A DNA stretch of 37,439 bases from an uncultured Planctomycetales bacterium (GTDB taxonomy: Bacteria; Planctomycetota; UBA1135). Each line of letters starts with the position of its first letter. Position 1 is the first letter of the stretch. This document shows, piece after piece, positions 28,239-37,439 of this stretch. The stretch covers positions 1 through 37,439 of the forward strand of contig CAZXTO010000001.1 of the NCBI GenBank assembly GCA_964643675.1, read 5' to 3'. The notes beneath the pieces are model-generated. The model worked only from the letters and a program-made list of their open reading frames with translations. It was not told the DNA's origin and did not search any database. A program made the position numbers and the translations under genes.

Positions 28239-30626
28239 TCACTGCACGATCACTTCGATCGCGTTGCTCTTCTGGTAGTTCTGCAGCGCCTGCAGCCAGA
28301 GGTGCCAGCCGGCGATGTTGCGCGGGATCGGCAGCGCCCAGGTGGTCGCCCCGGCGGCGTCGGTCTTGCGCGCGTTGCCGGCCAGGACCGGATCCAGCAG
28401 ATCGCTGACCAGGTGCAGCTGCGGCACCGGGGTGCTGCCCAGGCCGCCGAGGCCGTAGGTCAGGTAGGTCCAGCGATCGGCCGCCGCTCCGGTGACGGTG
28501 AAGCTCGCCACGCTGTCGTGCACCACCGCCGAGGCCGACAGGTCGAAGCTGCCGTTGAGGTCCTTCTTCAGGACGCCGTGCCAGGCCGCGGCCATCAGCT
28601 CGTCCCCCACCTGGCTGGTGTGGGCGAAGTCGACGTCGTAGGCCTCGGGGTACTGATCCCAGTGCAGCTTGTGCTGCTCGGGACCGGGCCGCACGAAGGC
28701 GCGGCCGATGGCCTCGGCGTCGGCCATGACCTCGGCCACCGCCAGGTTCTCGTACCAGCAGGGCATGAGGTTGGCCGGCTTCATGCGGTGGGCGGAGAAG
28801 TAGACCGCCTGCACCCCGGCGCCGCCGGCGTAGAGGTGGTCGGCGAGCTGGCCGCACTCGTTGACGAAGCGGGCGTAGTTGGGGTCGGCCAGGTCCGGCG
28901 CGCCGATCGGGTGGGTGGCGTTGTTGCTCACCAGCAGCAGCGCGACGGTCGGCCCCTGCAGGTTGGCCAACAGGTTGTCGATCGCCTGGTAGCCCGGGGT
29001 GCCGGGGGTGACCCACTGCCACAGCTCGTGGCCGGCGATCCAGTGGTTGCTGACTACGTACTGCAAGCCGTTCGGCGCGTCGGCGTCGAGCAGCGCCTGC
29101 AGCTCGTCGGCGTAGCCGCGGTTCTCGCTGTGGCCGAAGATCTCGACGTAGACCGTGCCGGCGGCGCCGAAGTCCAGCCGCGGCGGCGCGAGGGCGTTGC
29201 CGCCGGCCACCGGGGAGCCGGGCACCAGGTCGTGCGCGGTCGGCGGCGGCGGCGACTCGGGGTTGGCGATCACGTGGGAGGTGGTCTCGACCCAGCCGCC
29301 CTGGCCGTCGTCGGCGCGGGCGGTGATCTGGTGGTGGCTGTGGCTCAGGGTGGAGGCGTCGAAGTCGAAGCTCCAGAAGCCGAGGCCGGTCGCCGGCAGG
29401 AAGGGGCCGCCGTCGACCGAGACCGACACCGCGCTGGCGTGGACCGAGTTGCCCGAGACGGTGGTCGGGCCCCAGACCACGTCGCCGTCGGCCGGCGAGC
29501 TGATCTCGACCAGGGTGCCGACGCCGGTGTTGTCGACGTAGACCTCGGCCGAGGTGAACACCGCCGGGTCGTTCATGCTCGAGACCGCGCGCACCCGGAT
29601 GTGGCGCCAGCCGTCCGCCAGGCCGCTGGTGTCCCAGCTGTAACTCCACGGGCTCACGCCGGTCGCCGGCAGGAAGTCGCCGCCGTCGATCGACACGTCG
29701 ACCGCGCCCCCGGCCGGGTCGATGCGGGTCGAGACGCCGTCGATCGAGACCACGCCGGAGACCGCGTCGCCGTGCGCCGGGGCGGTGATCTCGACGTCGA
29801 AGGTCGGGCCCATCACCGACTCGTAGTAGTCGCGGACCTCCTGCGCGCTCAGCGGCCGGTCCCAGATCATGAGCTCGTCGATCGCGCCGTCGTACCACTG
29901 CTCGCGCGGCACCGAATAGAGGAAGCCGCGGCCGAGCCACATCACCGCCTTGTTGACGATGTCGTCGAAGAAGTAGTCGTCCTCCGCCGTGCCGAAGTTG
30001 TAGAAGCGGTTGACCAGCTCGACGCCGTTGATGTAACCGGTGTTGTAGCCCGGGCCGGTGACCGCCACGAAGTGGTGCCACTCGTCCTGCCGCAGGTTGA
30101 TCATGCTGTCGAAGCACTGCGGGATGAAGGCGTTGTCGGTGACGACCGTGTAGTAGGCCTGGGTGTCGTAGCTGAAGTGGCCGACCTCGAGGATCAGGCT
30201 CGAGTTGGTCGCGCCGCCGACGCCGTCGCCCAGGTAGGCCATCGGGTGGATCTGGTTCGGCCCCGGCGTGTTGTCGAAGCGGAACCAGACCGAGATCGTG
30301 CCCTGGGTGAGGTCGCCGATCGGATCCGGGTAGCCGTTGCCGTCGGTGATCTCGACGTAGTCGCTCGTGCCGTTGAACTCGAGCGCGCCGCCGATGGCGC
30401 CGGTGGTCCAGGCGGCGCCGTAGATGTCGCCGTGGAAGCCGTGGGGGCCCGAGTCGTTCAGGACCGCGCCCTGGCCCTCGTCGAAGGTCCAGGCGCAGAC
30501 GTAGTCGTTCGGCGGGCCGCCCTGGGCCGGCAGCAGCGGCGACAGGAGGAGGGCGGCGACGAGCGCGCGCGCGGCCGGGGAGGCAGGGGGGGGAGGTCGG
30601 GCGCCAGGACATGACGGTGCCGGCAA
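28239..30626 (-). CDS. Secreted multidomain protein: LamG/concanavalin-A-like lectin domain, three Ig-like repeats, SGNH/GDSL-like hydrolase-like region and a C-terminal beta module
   Basis: 795 aa. The start is uncertain (TTG at 30626); the signal peptide is ALVAALLLSPLLPAQG. The LamG pattern is FDEGQGAVLNDSGPHGFHGDIYGAAWTTGAIGGALEFNGTSDYVEI...ISVWFRF...LSAQEV. Three repeats follow the pattern 'V.V.vDGG.FLPATG...WS...D.S'. The SGNH-like blocks are VEIFGHSEN, LLLVSNN and VDFAHTS. Confidence 0.8.
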   Translation of the reverse strand: MPAPSCPGARPPPPASPAARALVAALLLSPLLPAQGGPPNDYVCAWTFDEGQGAVLNDSGPHGFHGDIYGAAWTTGAIGGALEFNGTSDYVEITDGNGYPDPIGDLTQGTISVWFRFDNTPGPNQIHPMAYLGDGVGGATNSSLILEVGHFSYDTQAYYTVVTDNAFIPQCFDSMINLRQDEWHHFVAVTGPGYNTGYINGVELVNRFYNFGTAEDDYFFDDIVNKAVMWLGRGFLYSVPREQWYDGAIDELMIWDRPLSAQEVRDYYESVMGPTFDVEITAPAHGDAVSGVVSIDGVSTRIDPAGGAVDVSIDGGDFLPATGVSPWSYSWDTSGLADGWRHIRVRAVSSMNDPAVFTSAEVYVDNTGVGTLVEISSPADGDVVWGPTTVSGNSVHASAVSVSVDGGPFLPATGLGFWSFDFDASTLSHSHHQITARADDGQGGWVETTSHVIANPESPPPPTAHDLVPGSPVAGGNALAPPRLDFGAAGTVYVEIFGHSENRGYADELQALLDADAPNGLQYVVSNHWIAGHELWQWVTPGTPGYQAIDNLLANLQGPTVALLLVSNNATHPIGAPDLADPNYARFVNECGQLADHLYAGGAGVQAVYFSAHRMKPANLMPCWYENLAVAEVMADAEAIGRAFVRPGPEQHKLHWDQYPEAYDVDFAHTSQVGDELMAAAWHGVLKKDLNGSFDLSASAVVHDSVASFTVTGAAADRWTYLTYGLGGLGSTPVPQLHLVSDLLDPVLAGNARKTDAAGATTWALPIPRNIAGWHLWLQALQNYQKSNAIEVIVQ

Positions 30627-30894
30627 GGGAGCCGGGAGGATGGACCGTTCAGGGTGGGGGCGCCCTGCGTCGGACCCTTGATCCTACCCCAGGATCGCGG
30701 ATCTCGTCGGGAGGAGGAGGGAATGGAGGCCTCCTGGGCGGTCCTGAGGCAGAATTCAGAGGCCGGACGCCCCGCCGGTACCCCCACTCCCGGCCGCAGC
30801 GCCGGCGGAGGAGCTCGGCGAGTTCCGGTGAACCAGTCATGGTCTGCCCTCCTCCGCGCTGGCATCTGCCCCCAGGCCGCGCCTCTCGGCCGCG

Positions 30895-33800
30895 GTGGAG
30901 CCGGCCGACCCTCGCCGGAACGGAGCGAGTCAGGCCGTGAGTCACGAGCTGGAGCGCTCGACGGACCCCTACCGGGCCACCTTCGAAGCCGCTCCCGTCG
31001 GGATCTGCCATGTCGGCGCGGGCGGTCGGTTCCTGCGCGTCAACCCGGCCTTCTGCCAGATCGTCGGCCGCCCCGAGGAGGAGGTCCTCCAGCTCGGGGT
31101 GCCCGACATCACCTTCCCCGGCGACCCCGACACCAACTCGCCGGTCATCCAGGAGCTGATGAGCGGCGAGCGTGATCGGGTGTCGCTGCGCAAGCGCTTG
31201 GTGCGCCCGGACGGCGAACCCCGGTGGGTCGAGCTCACCGCCTCCTCGGTGCGGTCCGAGGCCGGTGAGCCGAAGTTCCTGATCGCGGTCCTCGACGACA
31301 TCCAGGCCCAGGTCGAGGCCGAGGAGGTCCAGGCGGCGGCGGCGGCGGCCTTGCGTCAGCGGGAGCGCGAGCTGGACCTAGCCCAGCAGGTCGCCAACAT
31401 GGGGAGCTGGGTCCTCGACCTGGAGCAGGACTCGCTGAGCTGGTCGGATCAGACCTACCGGCTGTTCGGCGTCGCCCCCGGCCAGCCCCTGAGCTACGCC
31501 GACTTCCTCGACCGGGTCCACCCCGAGGACCGGAGCATGGTCGACGAGGCCTGGAGCAAGGCCCTGCGCGGCGAGCGCTACGACATCGAGCATCGGGTCG
31601 TCGTCGACGGCGAGACGCTCTGGGTCCACGAGCGCGCCGAGCTCGAGACCGACGCCGACGGCCAGCCGGTCCGCGGCATCGGCACCGTGCTCGACATCAC
31701 CGAGCGCAAGCAAGCGGGGCTGGCCTTGGAGAGCAGCGAGGCCAGGCTGCGCTCGATCGGCGAGGCGATCCCCGACCTGATCTTCGTGCTCGACGAGGAT
31801 GGTCGGTACGTCGAGATCCTGACCGCCGACGAGCAGCTCCTGGTCCGGGGGGCGGAGGAGCTGCGCGGCAGGAACCTGACCGAGGTGTTCGAGCCGCCGC
31901 AGGCCGAGCGCTTCCTGAGCCTGATCCGCCGCACGGTCGAGTCCGGCGAGAGCCAGGTCCTCGAGTACACCATCGAGGTCCCCGCCGGCAGGATGGACTT
32001 CGAGGGGCGGACCTCCCCGCTGCGCGGCGAGATCGACGGCAAGCGGGCGGTGGTGATGGTGGCGCGGGACATCAGCGAGCGCAAGCGCTCCGAGGAGCAG
32101 TACCGCTCCATCGTCGAGACCTCGATCGACGGCTTCTGGATCGTCGATCGACGAGGCCAGATCATCGACGTCAACCCGGCCTACGCCGAGATGATCGGCT
32201 ACTCGGAGGCGGAGCTGCTGAAGATGGGCGTGCCGGACATCGAGGCGGTCGAGTCGGACGACGAGGTCGCCGACCGCATCCGCCGGATCGAGCGCGACGG
32301 CTACGACCGCTTCGAGACCCGCCACCAGCACAAGGACGGCCACCTGGTCGACGTCGAGGTCAGCGTGCAGTTCTCGGACATCCGCGGCGGCTGCTTCCTG
32401 GTGTTCCTGCGCGACGCCAGCAACCGCAAGCGGATCGAGGCCGAGCTGAAGCAGCACCAGGAGAACCTCCAGGAGCTGGTGGAGGAGCGCACCGAGGGGC
32501 TGGAGCGGATCAACCTCGCCCTGTCATCGAGCGAGCGGGAGTTCCGGCAGCTGCTCGAGAACCTGGAGGCCGGCGTGGTGGTGCACGCGCCGGACACGAG
32601 CATCCAGCTCTTCAACCGCCGCGCCACCGAGATCCTGGGGCTGAGCCCCGACGAGATGATCGGCAAGAAGGCGGTCGACCCCACCTGGTGCTTCCAGCGC
32701 GAGGACGGCGAGCGGATGCCGCTGGAGGAGTACCCGGTCAACCTGGTCCTGAGCCGCCGCGAGGTCCTGCGCGGCCAGATCGTGGGCGTTCGCCACCCCG
32801 GCGACCGCCCGGTGACCTGGGTCTACGTGAACGCCTTCCCCGAGTTCAGCGAGCACGGCGAGCTCCGGCGCGTCGCGGTGACCTTCATCGACATCACCGC
32901 GCGCAAGAACTCGGAGATCGAGCACGGCAGGGACGAGGAGCGGCTGACCTCGCTGCTCTACCTGGCGGAGCAGGAGTCGGCCGGGGCCGACGACCTGGAG
33001 CGGATCGCGGTCGAGGAGGTGCTCAAGCTCACCGGCAGCGAGATCGGCTACCTGCACTACTTCGACCAGGATGGCCAGTTCATCCGCCTGAACTGCTGGT
33101 CCCAGCAGGCGCTCCGTTATTGCACCGCGCCCCAGGACATGCACTACCCCCTGGAACAGGCCGGAGTCTGGGCCGACAGCGTGCGCACCGGCGAGCCGGC
33201 GGTCCACAACGACTTCGGCGAGGCCATCGGCAACGGCAACATGCCGGAGGGGCACGTCGAGGTCCGGCGGCACATGAGCGTGCCGATCCTCGACGGCAAC
33301 CGGGCGGTCGGCGTGCTCGGGGTCGGCAACAAGGAGGAGCCCTACGACCAGAGCGACATCCGGCAGCTGCAGCTGTTCCTGAACAGCATGTGGCCGCAGG
33401 TGCGCAAGTGGGAATTCGAGGACGCGCTGCGCCGCTCCGAGGACAAGTACCGCCGGCTGGTCACCGAGATCAACGACGGCTTCTTCGTGACCGACGAGGA
33501 GGGCCGGCTCAGCTTCCTGAACGCCGAGATGGCGCGCATCCTGGGCGGGACGGTCGAGGGCCTGGGCGGGGTGCTGCTGTTCGACCGGCTCCGCTTCGGC
33601 GGCGACCACGGTGACCAGGCCGCGATCCTCGCCCAGCTGAGCCGCGGGGAGACTCCCGATGAACTCGAGGCGGTGGTGCGCAACGGCAGTGACCATCCCA
33701 CGCAGGTCTCGTTGAAGTCCGTGCCGGTGATGGAGGACGGCCGGATGACCGGTCTGCGCGGCGTCGTGCGCGACATCACCCAGCGCAAGCGCCAGGAGGT

Positions 33801-35592
33801 GGAGCTGCGCAAGCTGTTCGAGGCAACCGAGCAGAGTCCGGCCAGCGTCATCATCACCGACCCGAACGGGGTCATCGAGTACGTCAACTCGAAGTTCGTC
33901 GAGGTCACGGGCTATTCCCTGGAGGAGGCGATCGGGCGGACGCCGCGGATCCTGAAGTCGGGCCGCATGCCGGACAGCGTCTACCACGACCTGTGGTCGA
34001 CGATCCAGGCCGGCGAGGCCTGGCACGGCGAGCTCCTCAACCGGCGCAAGGACGGCAGCACCTACTGGGAGCGGGCCTCGATCTCGCCGATCCGGGACGA
34101 GCAGGGCCAGGTCACCCACTTCCTGGCGGTGAAGGAGGACATCACCGAGCTGAAGGAGTGGGAGCAGGAGCTGCAGCGCGCCAAGGAGCGGGCCGAGCAG
34201 GCCAGCGTGGCCAAGAGCGTCTTCCTCGCCAACATGAGCCACGAGATCCGCACGCCGATGAACGCGATCATCGGCTACACCCAGCTGCTGCACCGCAGCC
34301 AGGGACTCAACCAGACCCAGGTCGACTACCTGGACACGATCAACCGCAGCGGCGAACACCTGCTGGCGCTGATCAACGACATCCTCGAGATGTCCAAGAT
34401 CGAGGCCGGCCGGACCCGGCTCGAGGTCGCGCCCTTCGACCTCCACGGCGTGGTCGAGGACCTGCAGCGGATGTTCCGCCTGCGGGCCGAGGAGAAGGGC
34501 CTGGAGCTCGACGTCCGCCTGGCGGACGGCCTGCCGCGGTTCGTGAACGGCGACGCCAACAAGGTCCGCCAGGTGTTGATCAACATCCTCGGCAACGCGG
34601 TCAAGTTCACCGAGGACGGCGGCATCAGCGTGCGGGGACGCGTCAGCGACCAGAGCGGGGGGCGCCTCCTCCAGTTCGACGTCGAGGACTCCGGCTGCGG
34701 CATCGCCCCGGCCGACCTGCCCAACGTGTTCAACGTCTTCGAGCGCGCCGCCGCCGGCCGCACCGAGAGCGGCACCGGCCTCGGCATGCCGATCAGCCGT
34801 AAGTTCGCGCGCATGATGGGCGGCGACGTGACCGTCATCAGCCTGCTGGGCAAGGGCAGCCGCTTCCGCTTCGAATTCGCGGCCGAGGCCTGCGAGGAGG
34901 AGCAGGTCCCCGACCGCCGGCCGCGCCGCGTCGTCGCCGGCCTGGAGCCGGGACAGGCGCCGCCGCGGGTGCTGGTGGTGGACGACAACGCCGACAACCG
35001 CGCGGTGCTGCACGACATGCTGATGCGGGTCGGTTTCTCGGTCCACGAGGCGGTCGATGGCGTCGACGCGCTGGTGCAATTCCAGGCCTGGGAGCCGGAC
35101 ATCATCCTGATGGACCTGAAGATGCCCGGCATGAACGGCTTCGAGACCACGCGCCGCATCCGCGCCGGCGGCTCGCGCTCCGAGACGCCGATCCTGGCCG
35201 TGACCGCCAGCGCCCTGGAGGCCAGCCAGGAGCGAGCGGCCGAGGCGGGAGTCGACGGCTTCCTCGCCAAGCCCTTCTCCGAGGACACCTTGCTGGAGGA
35301 GATCCACCGTCTCACCGGCGTGCGCTACCTCTACCAGGAGGAGTCCGGGGCCGCATCCGAGGCCATGGACCCCTTCCCCGCCGAGGCGGTGTCCTTGCGC
35401 GGCCTCCCGGCCGAGATGCGCCGGTCCATCCGGGTGGCGGTGGAGGGCGGCTACCTGGACGAGCTCCACGCCCTGGTGAGGCGGGTGGCCGACACCGACG
35501 AACACCTGGCCCGCGTGCTGCGCAGCCTGGTCGATGACTTCCGCTACGACGACCTGCTTCGGCTGACCGAAGAGGAGGACCGCCACGAATGA
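30895..35592 (+). CDS. Multi-sensor hybrid histidine kinase (about 7 PAS/PAC, 1 GAF, HisKA, HATPase_c, REC, C-terminal helical Hpt-like tail)
   Basis: 1565 aa with an uncertain GTG start at 30895. PAS/PAC ends recur as 'DIT.RK' (DITERK, DISERK, DASNRK, DITARK, DITQRK, DITELK). The H-box is FLANMSHEIRTPMNAIIGY. The N/G boxes are ILGNAVKFT and DSGCGI...GTGLGM. The REC domain is VLVVDDNADNR...IILMDLKMPGMNGFE...LAKP. Confidence 0.9.
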   Translation: MEPADPRRNGASQAVSHELERSTDPYRATFEAAPVGICHVGAGGRFLRVNPAFCQIVGRPEEEVLQLGVPDITFPGDPDTNSPVIQELMSGERDRVSLRKRLVRPDGEPRWVELTASSVRSEAGEPKFLIAVLDDIQAQVEAEEVQAAAAAALRQRERELDLAQQVANMGSWVLDLEQDSLSWSDQTYRLFGVAPGQPLSYADFLDRVHPEDRSMVDEAWSKALRGERYDIEHRVVVDGETLWVHERAELETDADGQPVRGIGTVLDITERKQAGLALESSEARLRSIGEAIPDLIFVLDEDGRYVEILTADEQLLVRGAEELRGRNLTEVFEPPQAERFLSLIRRTVESGESQVLEYTIEVPAGRMDFEGRTSPLRGEIDGKRAVVMVARDISERKRSEEQYRSIVETSIDGFWIVDRRGQIIDVNPAYAEMIGYSEAELLKMGVPDIEAVESDDEVADRIRRIERDGYDRFETRHQHKDGHLVDVEVSVQFSDIRGGCFLVFLRDASNRKRIEAELKQHQENLQELVEERTEGLERINLALSSSEREFRQLLENLEAGVVVHAPDTSIQLFNRRATEILGLSPDEMIGKKAVDPTWCFQREDGERMPLEEYPVNLVLSRREVLRGQIVGVRHPGDRPVTWVYVNAFPEFSEHGELRRVAVTFIDITARKNSEIEHGRDEERLTSLLYLAEQESAGADDLERIAVEEVLKLTGSEIGYLHYFDQDGQFIRLNCWSQQALRYCTAPQDMHYPLEQAGVWADSVRTGEPAVHNDFGEAIGNGNMPEGHVEVRRHMSVPILDGNRAVGVLGVGNKEEPYDQSDIRQLQLFLNSMWPQVRKWEFEDALRRSEDKYRRLVTEINDGFFVTDEEGRLSFLNAEMARILGGTVEGLGGVLLFDRLRFGGDHGDQAAILAQLSRGETPDELEAVVRNGSDHPTQVSLKSVPVMEDGRMTGLRGVVRDITQRKRQEVELRKLFEATEQSPASVIITDPNGVIEYVNSKFVEVTGYSLEEAIGRTPRILKSGRMPDSVYHDLWSTIQAGEAWHGELLNRRKDGSTYWERASISPIRDEQGQVTHFLAVKEDITELKEWEQELQRAKERAEQASVAKSVFLANMSHEIRTPMNAIIGYTQLLHRSQGLNQTQVDYLDTINRSGEHLLALINDILEMSKIEAGRTRLEVAPFDLHGVVEDLQRMFRLRAEEKGLELDVRLADGLPRFVNGDANKVRQVLINILGNAVKFTEDGGISVRGRVSDQSGGRLLQFDVEDSGCGIAPADLPNVFNVFERAAAGRTESGTGLGMPISRKFARMMGGDVTVISLLGKGSRFRFEFAAEACEEEQVPDRRPRRVVAGLEPGQAPPRVLVVDDNADNRAVLHDMLMRVGFSVHEAVDGVDALVQFQAWEPDIILMDLKMPGMNGFETTRRIRAGGSRSETPILAVTASALEASQERAAEAGVDGFLAKPFSEDTLLEEIHRLTGVRYLYQEESGAASEAMDPFPAEAVSLRGLPAEMRRSIRVAVEGGYLDELHALVRRVADTDEHLARVLRSLVDDFRYDDLLRLTEEEDRHE

Positions 35593-36737
35593 AGGACTCC
35601 CCCTGCATCATGGTCATCGACGACCTGCCGCAGAACCTGCGGCTGCTGGCCGAGATGCTGCAGGGGGCGGACTACCGCGTGCGCCCCTTCCTCGGCGGGC
35701 CGCAGGCGCTGAAGTCGGCCGAGGAGGACCCGCCGGACCTGGTGCTGCTCGACATCGACATGCCCGGGATGAACGGCTTCGAGGTCTGCGCGGCGATGAA
35801 GGGATCGACCCGGCTGTGCGAGGTCCCGATCGTCTTCATCAGCGCCCTGCACCACACCGAGGCCAAGCTCGAGGCCTTCCAGCACGGCGGCGTCGACTAC
35901 ATCACCAAGCCCTTCCACCTGGCCGAGGTCGAGGTGAGGGTGGAGAACCAACTCGCGCTGAAGCGGGCCCAGTCCGAGCTCCAGCGCAGCAACCAGCGCC
36001 TCCGGGAGCTGGAGCAGCTCCGCGACGACCTGACCCACATGGTCGTGCACGACATGCGCTCGCCCCTGGCGGCGATCCTGACCTCGCTGCCTCTCCTGGA
36101 GAAGGCGCTGACCGGTTCCGCCGACGAGATGGCGCGGCTGGCGCTGGACGCGGCCGCGAGCGGCGGTCAGCGGCTGCTGCAGATGGTCGACGACCTGCTC
36201 GACGTGGGCCGCCTGGAGGCGGGCGAGATGCCGGTGCGGCGAGCGGAGTGCGACCTCGGCCGGCTCGCCCGCGATGCGGTGGCGGCGGTGGCCGGCCTGG
36301 CCTCCGACCGCGAGGTGCGGATCCTGGCCGCCGAAGACTGCGTCCTGAGCGGCGACCCCGAGCTGGTGCGCCGCGTGATCGAGAACCTGGTCACGAACGG
36401 CCTCAAGCACACCTCGCCGGACGGGGAGCTGCGGGTGATGGTGGGTTGGGAAGGGGATACGGCCTCGCTGCGGGTGACCGACCGCGGCCCGGGCGTACCG
36501 GCCCACCTGCGGGAGCGGATCTTCGACAAATTCGGGCGCCTGGAGGAAGCCGACGGCAAGACCCACGGGACCGGCCTCGGCCTCGCCTTCTGCCGGCTGG
36601 CGGTGGAGGCCCACGGCGGCAGCATCCGGGTCGAGGACAACCCGGGCGGCGGCTCCACCTTCATCGTCGACCTGCCGCGCAACCCCGTCGGAGCGCCCGC
36701 GCCCGAGGATGCGGCGGCGGCCCGGAGCGAACCTTAG
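35589..36737 (+). CDS. Response-regulator receiver domain fused to a histidine kinase (REC-HisKA-HATPase_c)
   Basis: 382 aa. The ATG at 35589 overlaps the upstream stop as ATGA. The REC domain is IMVIDDLPQNL...LVLLDIDMPGMNGFE...ITKP. The H-box is LTHMVVHDMRSPLAAI. The ATPase boxes are ENLVTNGLKHT, DRGPGVP and GTGLGLAFC. Confidence 0.9.
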   Translation: MKDSPCIMVIDDLPQNLRLLAEMLQGADYRVRPFLGGPQALKSAEEDPPDLVLLDIDMPGMNGFEVCAAMKGSTRLCEVPIVFISALHHTEAKLEAFQHGGVDYITKPFHLAEVEVRVENQLALKRAQSELQRSNQRLRELEQLRDDLTHMVVHDMRSPLAAILTSLPLLEKALTGSADEMARLALDAAASGGQRLLQMVDDLLDVGRLEAGEMPVRRAECDLGRLARDAVAAVAGLASDREVRILAAEDCVLSGDPELVRRVIENLVTNGLKHTSPDGELRVMVGWEGDTASLRVTDRGPGVPAHLRERIFDKFGRLEEADGKTHGTGLGLAFCRLAVEAHGGSIRVEDNPGGGSTFIVDLPRNPVGAPAPEDAAAARSEP

Positions 36738-36750
36738 CGAGCGAGGCGGC

Positions 36751-37296
36751 TCAATCCGTGGGCGGATCCGGAGGGAGCGCCCCGGCGTCGCGCGACCACC
36801 AGTTGGCCAGGCCGCGGCTGCCGAGCAGCAGGATCAGGCCGAAGGCCAGGCGAAGGGAGTGCGGAAGGACTGACTGCTGGGCGAAGTAGGACGCGCTCAG
36901 ACTGGCGGTGTTCGCGCCCACGATCTGGGTGACTAGCTCGGGCAAGGCCGTGACCGCCAGCCACAGGCCGAGCACGGCCAGCGCGGCGGCCATCCATCCG
37001 GACGGGGGGTTGGCCGGGCTCCGCGCGGGAGCCTGGGCCTCGGCGCCAAGCGCTCCCTGCGGCTCGCGAGCCGGGTAGTAGCGCTCCGCCAGCTCCTGGG
37101 CCCGCTGCAGCAGGAACCAGCCGCCGAAGAAGGTCACGCCGGTCCCGGCGATCGCCCCGGCGAGGTAGGGCCGCACCGTCATATCCTGCTCCAACAGGAG
37201 CCAGGCCAGGACCTGGGCAGCGTGTTGCAGGCTGAGGAACAGGAACCAGATCCCCATCAGGCGGAAGGCGAGCGATGCGGCGTCGGTGCGGTTCAT
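36751..37296 (-). CDS. Hypothetical integral membrane protein
   Basis: I take the ATG at 37294-37296 (MNRTDAASLAFRLMGIWFLFLSL...) as the start. It has about four hydrophobic segments and no recognisable family motif. The ORF-track start at 37356 is 20 codons longer. Confidence 0.6.
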   Translation of the reverse strand: MNRTDAASLAFRLMGIWFLFLSLQHAAQVLAWLLLEQDMTVRPYLAGAIAGTGVTFFGGWFLLQRAQELAERYYPAREPQGALGAEAQAPARSPANPPSGWMAAALAVLGLWLAVTALPELVTQIVGANTASLSASYFAQQSVLPHSLRLAFGLILLLGSRGLANWWSRDAGALPPDPPTD

Positions 37297-37297
37297 C

Positions 37298-37439
37298 TCA
37301 CTCCGGAGCCGGCGCGCCGGCCTTGCGGTGCCAGGCGGCCGCGAGCCGGCGGCCACCGAAGTAGAGGAGCAGGCCGAGGACCGCCTGGACCCCGGCCAGG
37401 AGCGGCCCGGAGCTGAGCAGGCTGGGCGCGGCCGAGGCC
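37298..37439 (-). CDS. 3' end of a hypothetical membrane-protein gene running off the window edge (partial)
   Basis: An open frame on the minus strand reads ...SLLSSGPLLAGVQAVLGLLLYFGGRRLAAAWHRKAGAPAPE* with its stop at 37298-37300, 1 nt before the next ATG. It is too short for any family call. Confidence 0.3.
   Translation of the reverse strand, partial: ASAAPSLLSSGPLLAGVQAVLGLLLYFGGRRLAAAWHRKAGAPAPE

Noticed and set aside
28024-30614. 862-aa minus-strand and 770-aa plus-strand ORFs overlapping the LamG protein gene
   Set aside because: These are alternative-frame or antisense low-complexity products. The 28239..30626 frame has the signal peptide and the LamG and Ig-like repeats.
31378-35586. 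Minus-strand ORFs (359 aa and 1020 aa) antisense to the hybrid kinase
   Set aside because: They are antisense artefacts. The plus frame has PAS, GAF, H-box, N/G-box and REC motifs.
1-37439. CRISPR arrays, IS elements, integrases, rRNA or tRNA genes and reverse transcriptases
   Set aside because: I saw no regularly spaced repeats of 25 bp or more, no DDE or tyrosine/serine recombinase-like ORFs, no terminal inverted repeats flanking an ORF, and no rRNA- or tRNA-like conserved stretches on either strand.

Overview
High-GC bacterial chromosomal window (about 70% G+C by eye; 44/60 hand-counted at 22081-22140). Coding is almost entirely on the minus strand up to about 30.6 kb. In order, I can support the following. 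(1) A Kgd/OdhA-type 2-oxoglutarate dehydrogenase with an E2-like domain fused to E1. (2) Three tandem secreted FG-GAP beta-propeller paralogues that share a C-terminal module; one is split by a frameshift at a C6/G6 run. (3) A DUF4143-type AAA ATPase, an M28 metallopeptidase and two small lipoproteins. (4) An overlapping wHTH plus nucleotidyltransferase pair resembling AbiEi/AbiEii type IV toxin-antitoxin or abortive-infection modules. (5) A roughly 5-kb stretch of clearly lower G+C (30/60 and 28/60 in hand-counted lines). It carries a compact four-gene operon: a divergent ECF-like sigma factor, a coupled helical protein, a small exported ORF, and a 1031-aa membrane-anchored protein built of carboxypeptidase-regulatory-like beta-sandwich repeats. 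(6) A roughly 630-bp non-coding region with a same-orientation cluster of DnaA-box 9-mers, a 12-bp perfect palindrome and an orphan terminator-like hairpin. (7) A periplasmic nitrate reductase operon, napD-A-B-G-H, headed by an HAO-family octahaem cytochrome c. (8) A sulfatase, a double-CDGSH Fe-S protein and a LamG/Ig-like/SGNH-like secreted protein. (9) A 1565-aa multi-PAS/GAF hybrid histidine kinase translationally coupled to a REC-histidine kinase. (10) Two membrane-protein genes at the right edge. I recognised no rRNA, tRNA, CRISPR array, transposase or integrase. The most interesting candidates are the hao-nap fusion operon with apparently lipid-anchored subunits, the low-GC sigma/giant surface protein island, the atypical wHTH-NTase pair and the DnaA-box cluster. 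All functional calls rest on motif recognition by eye, not on database searches.
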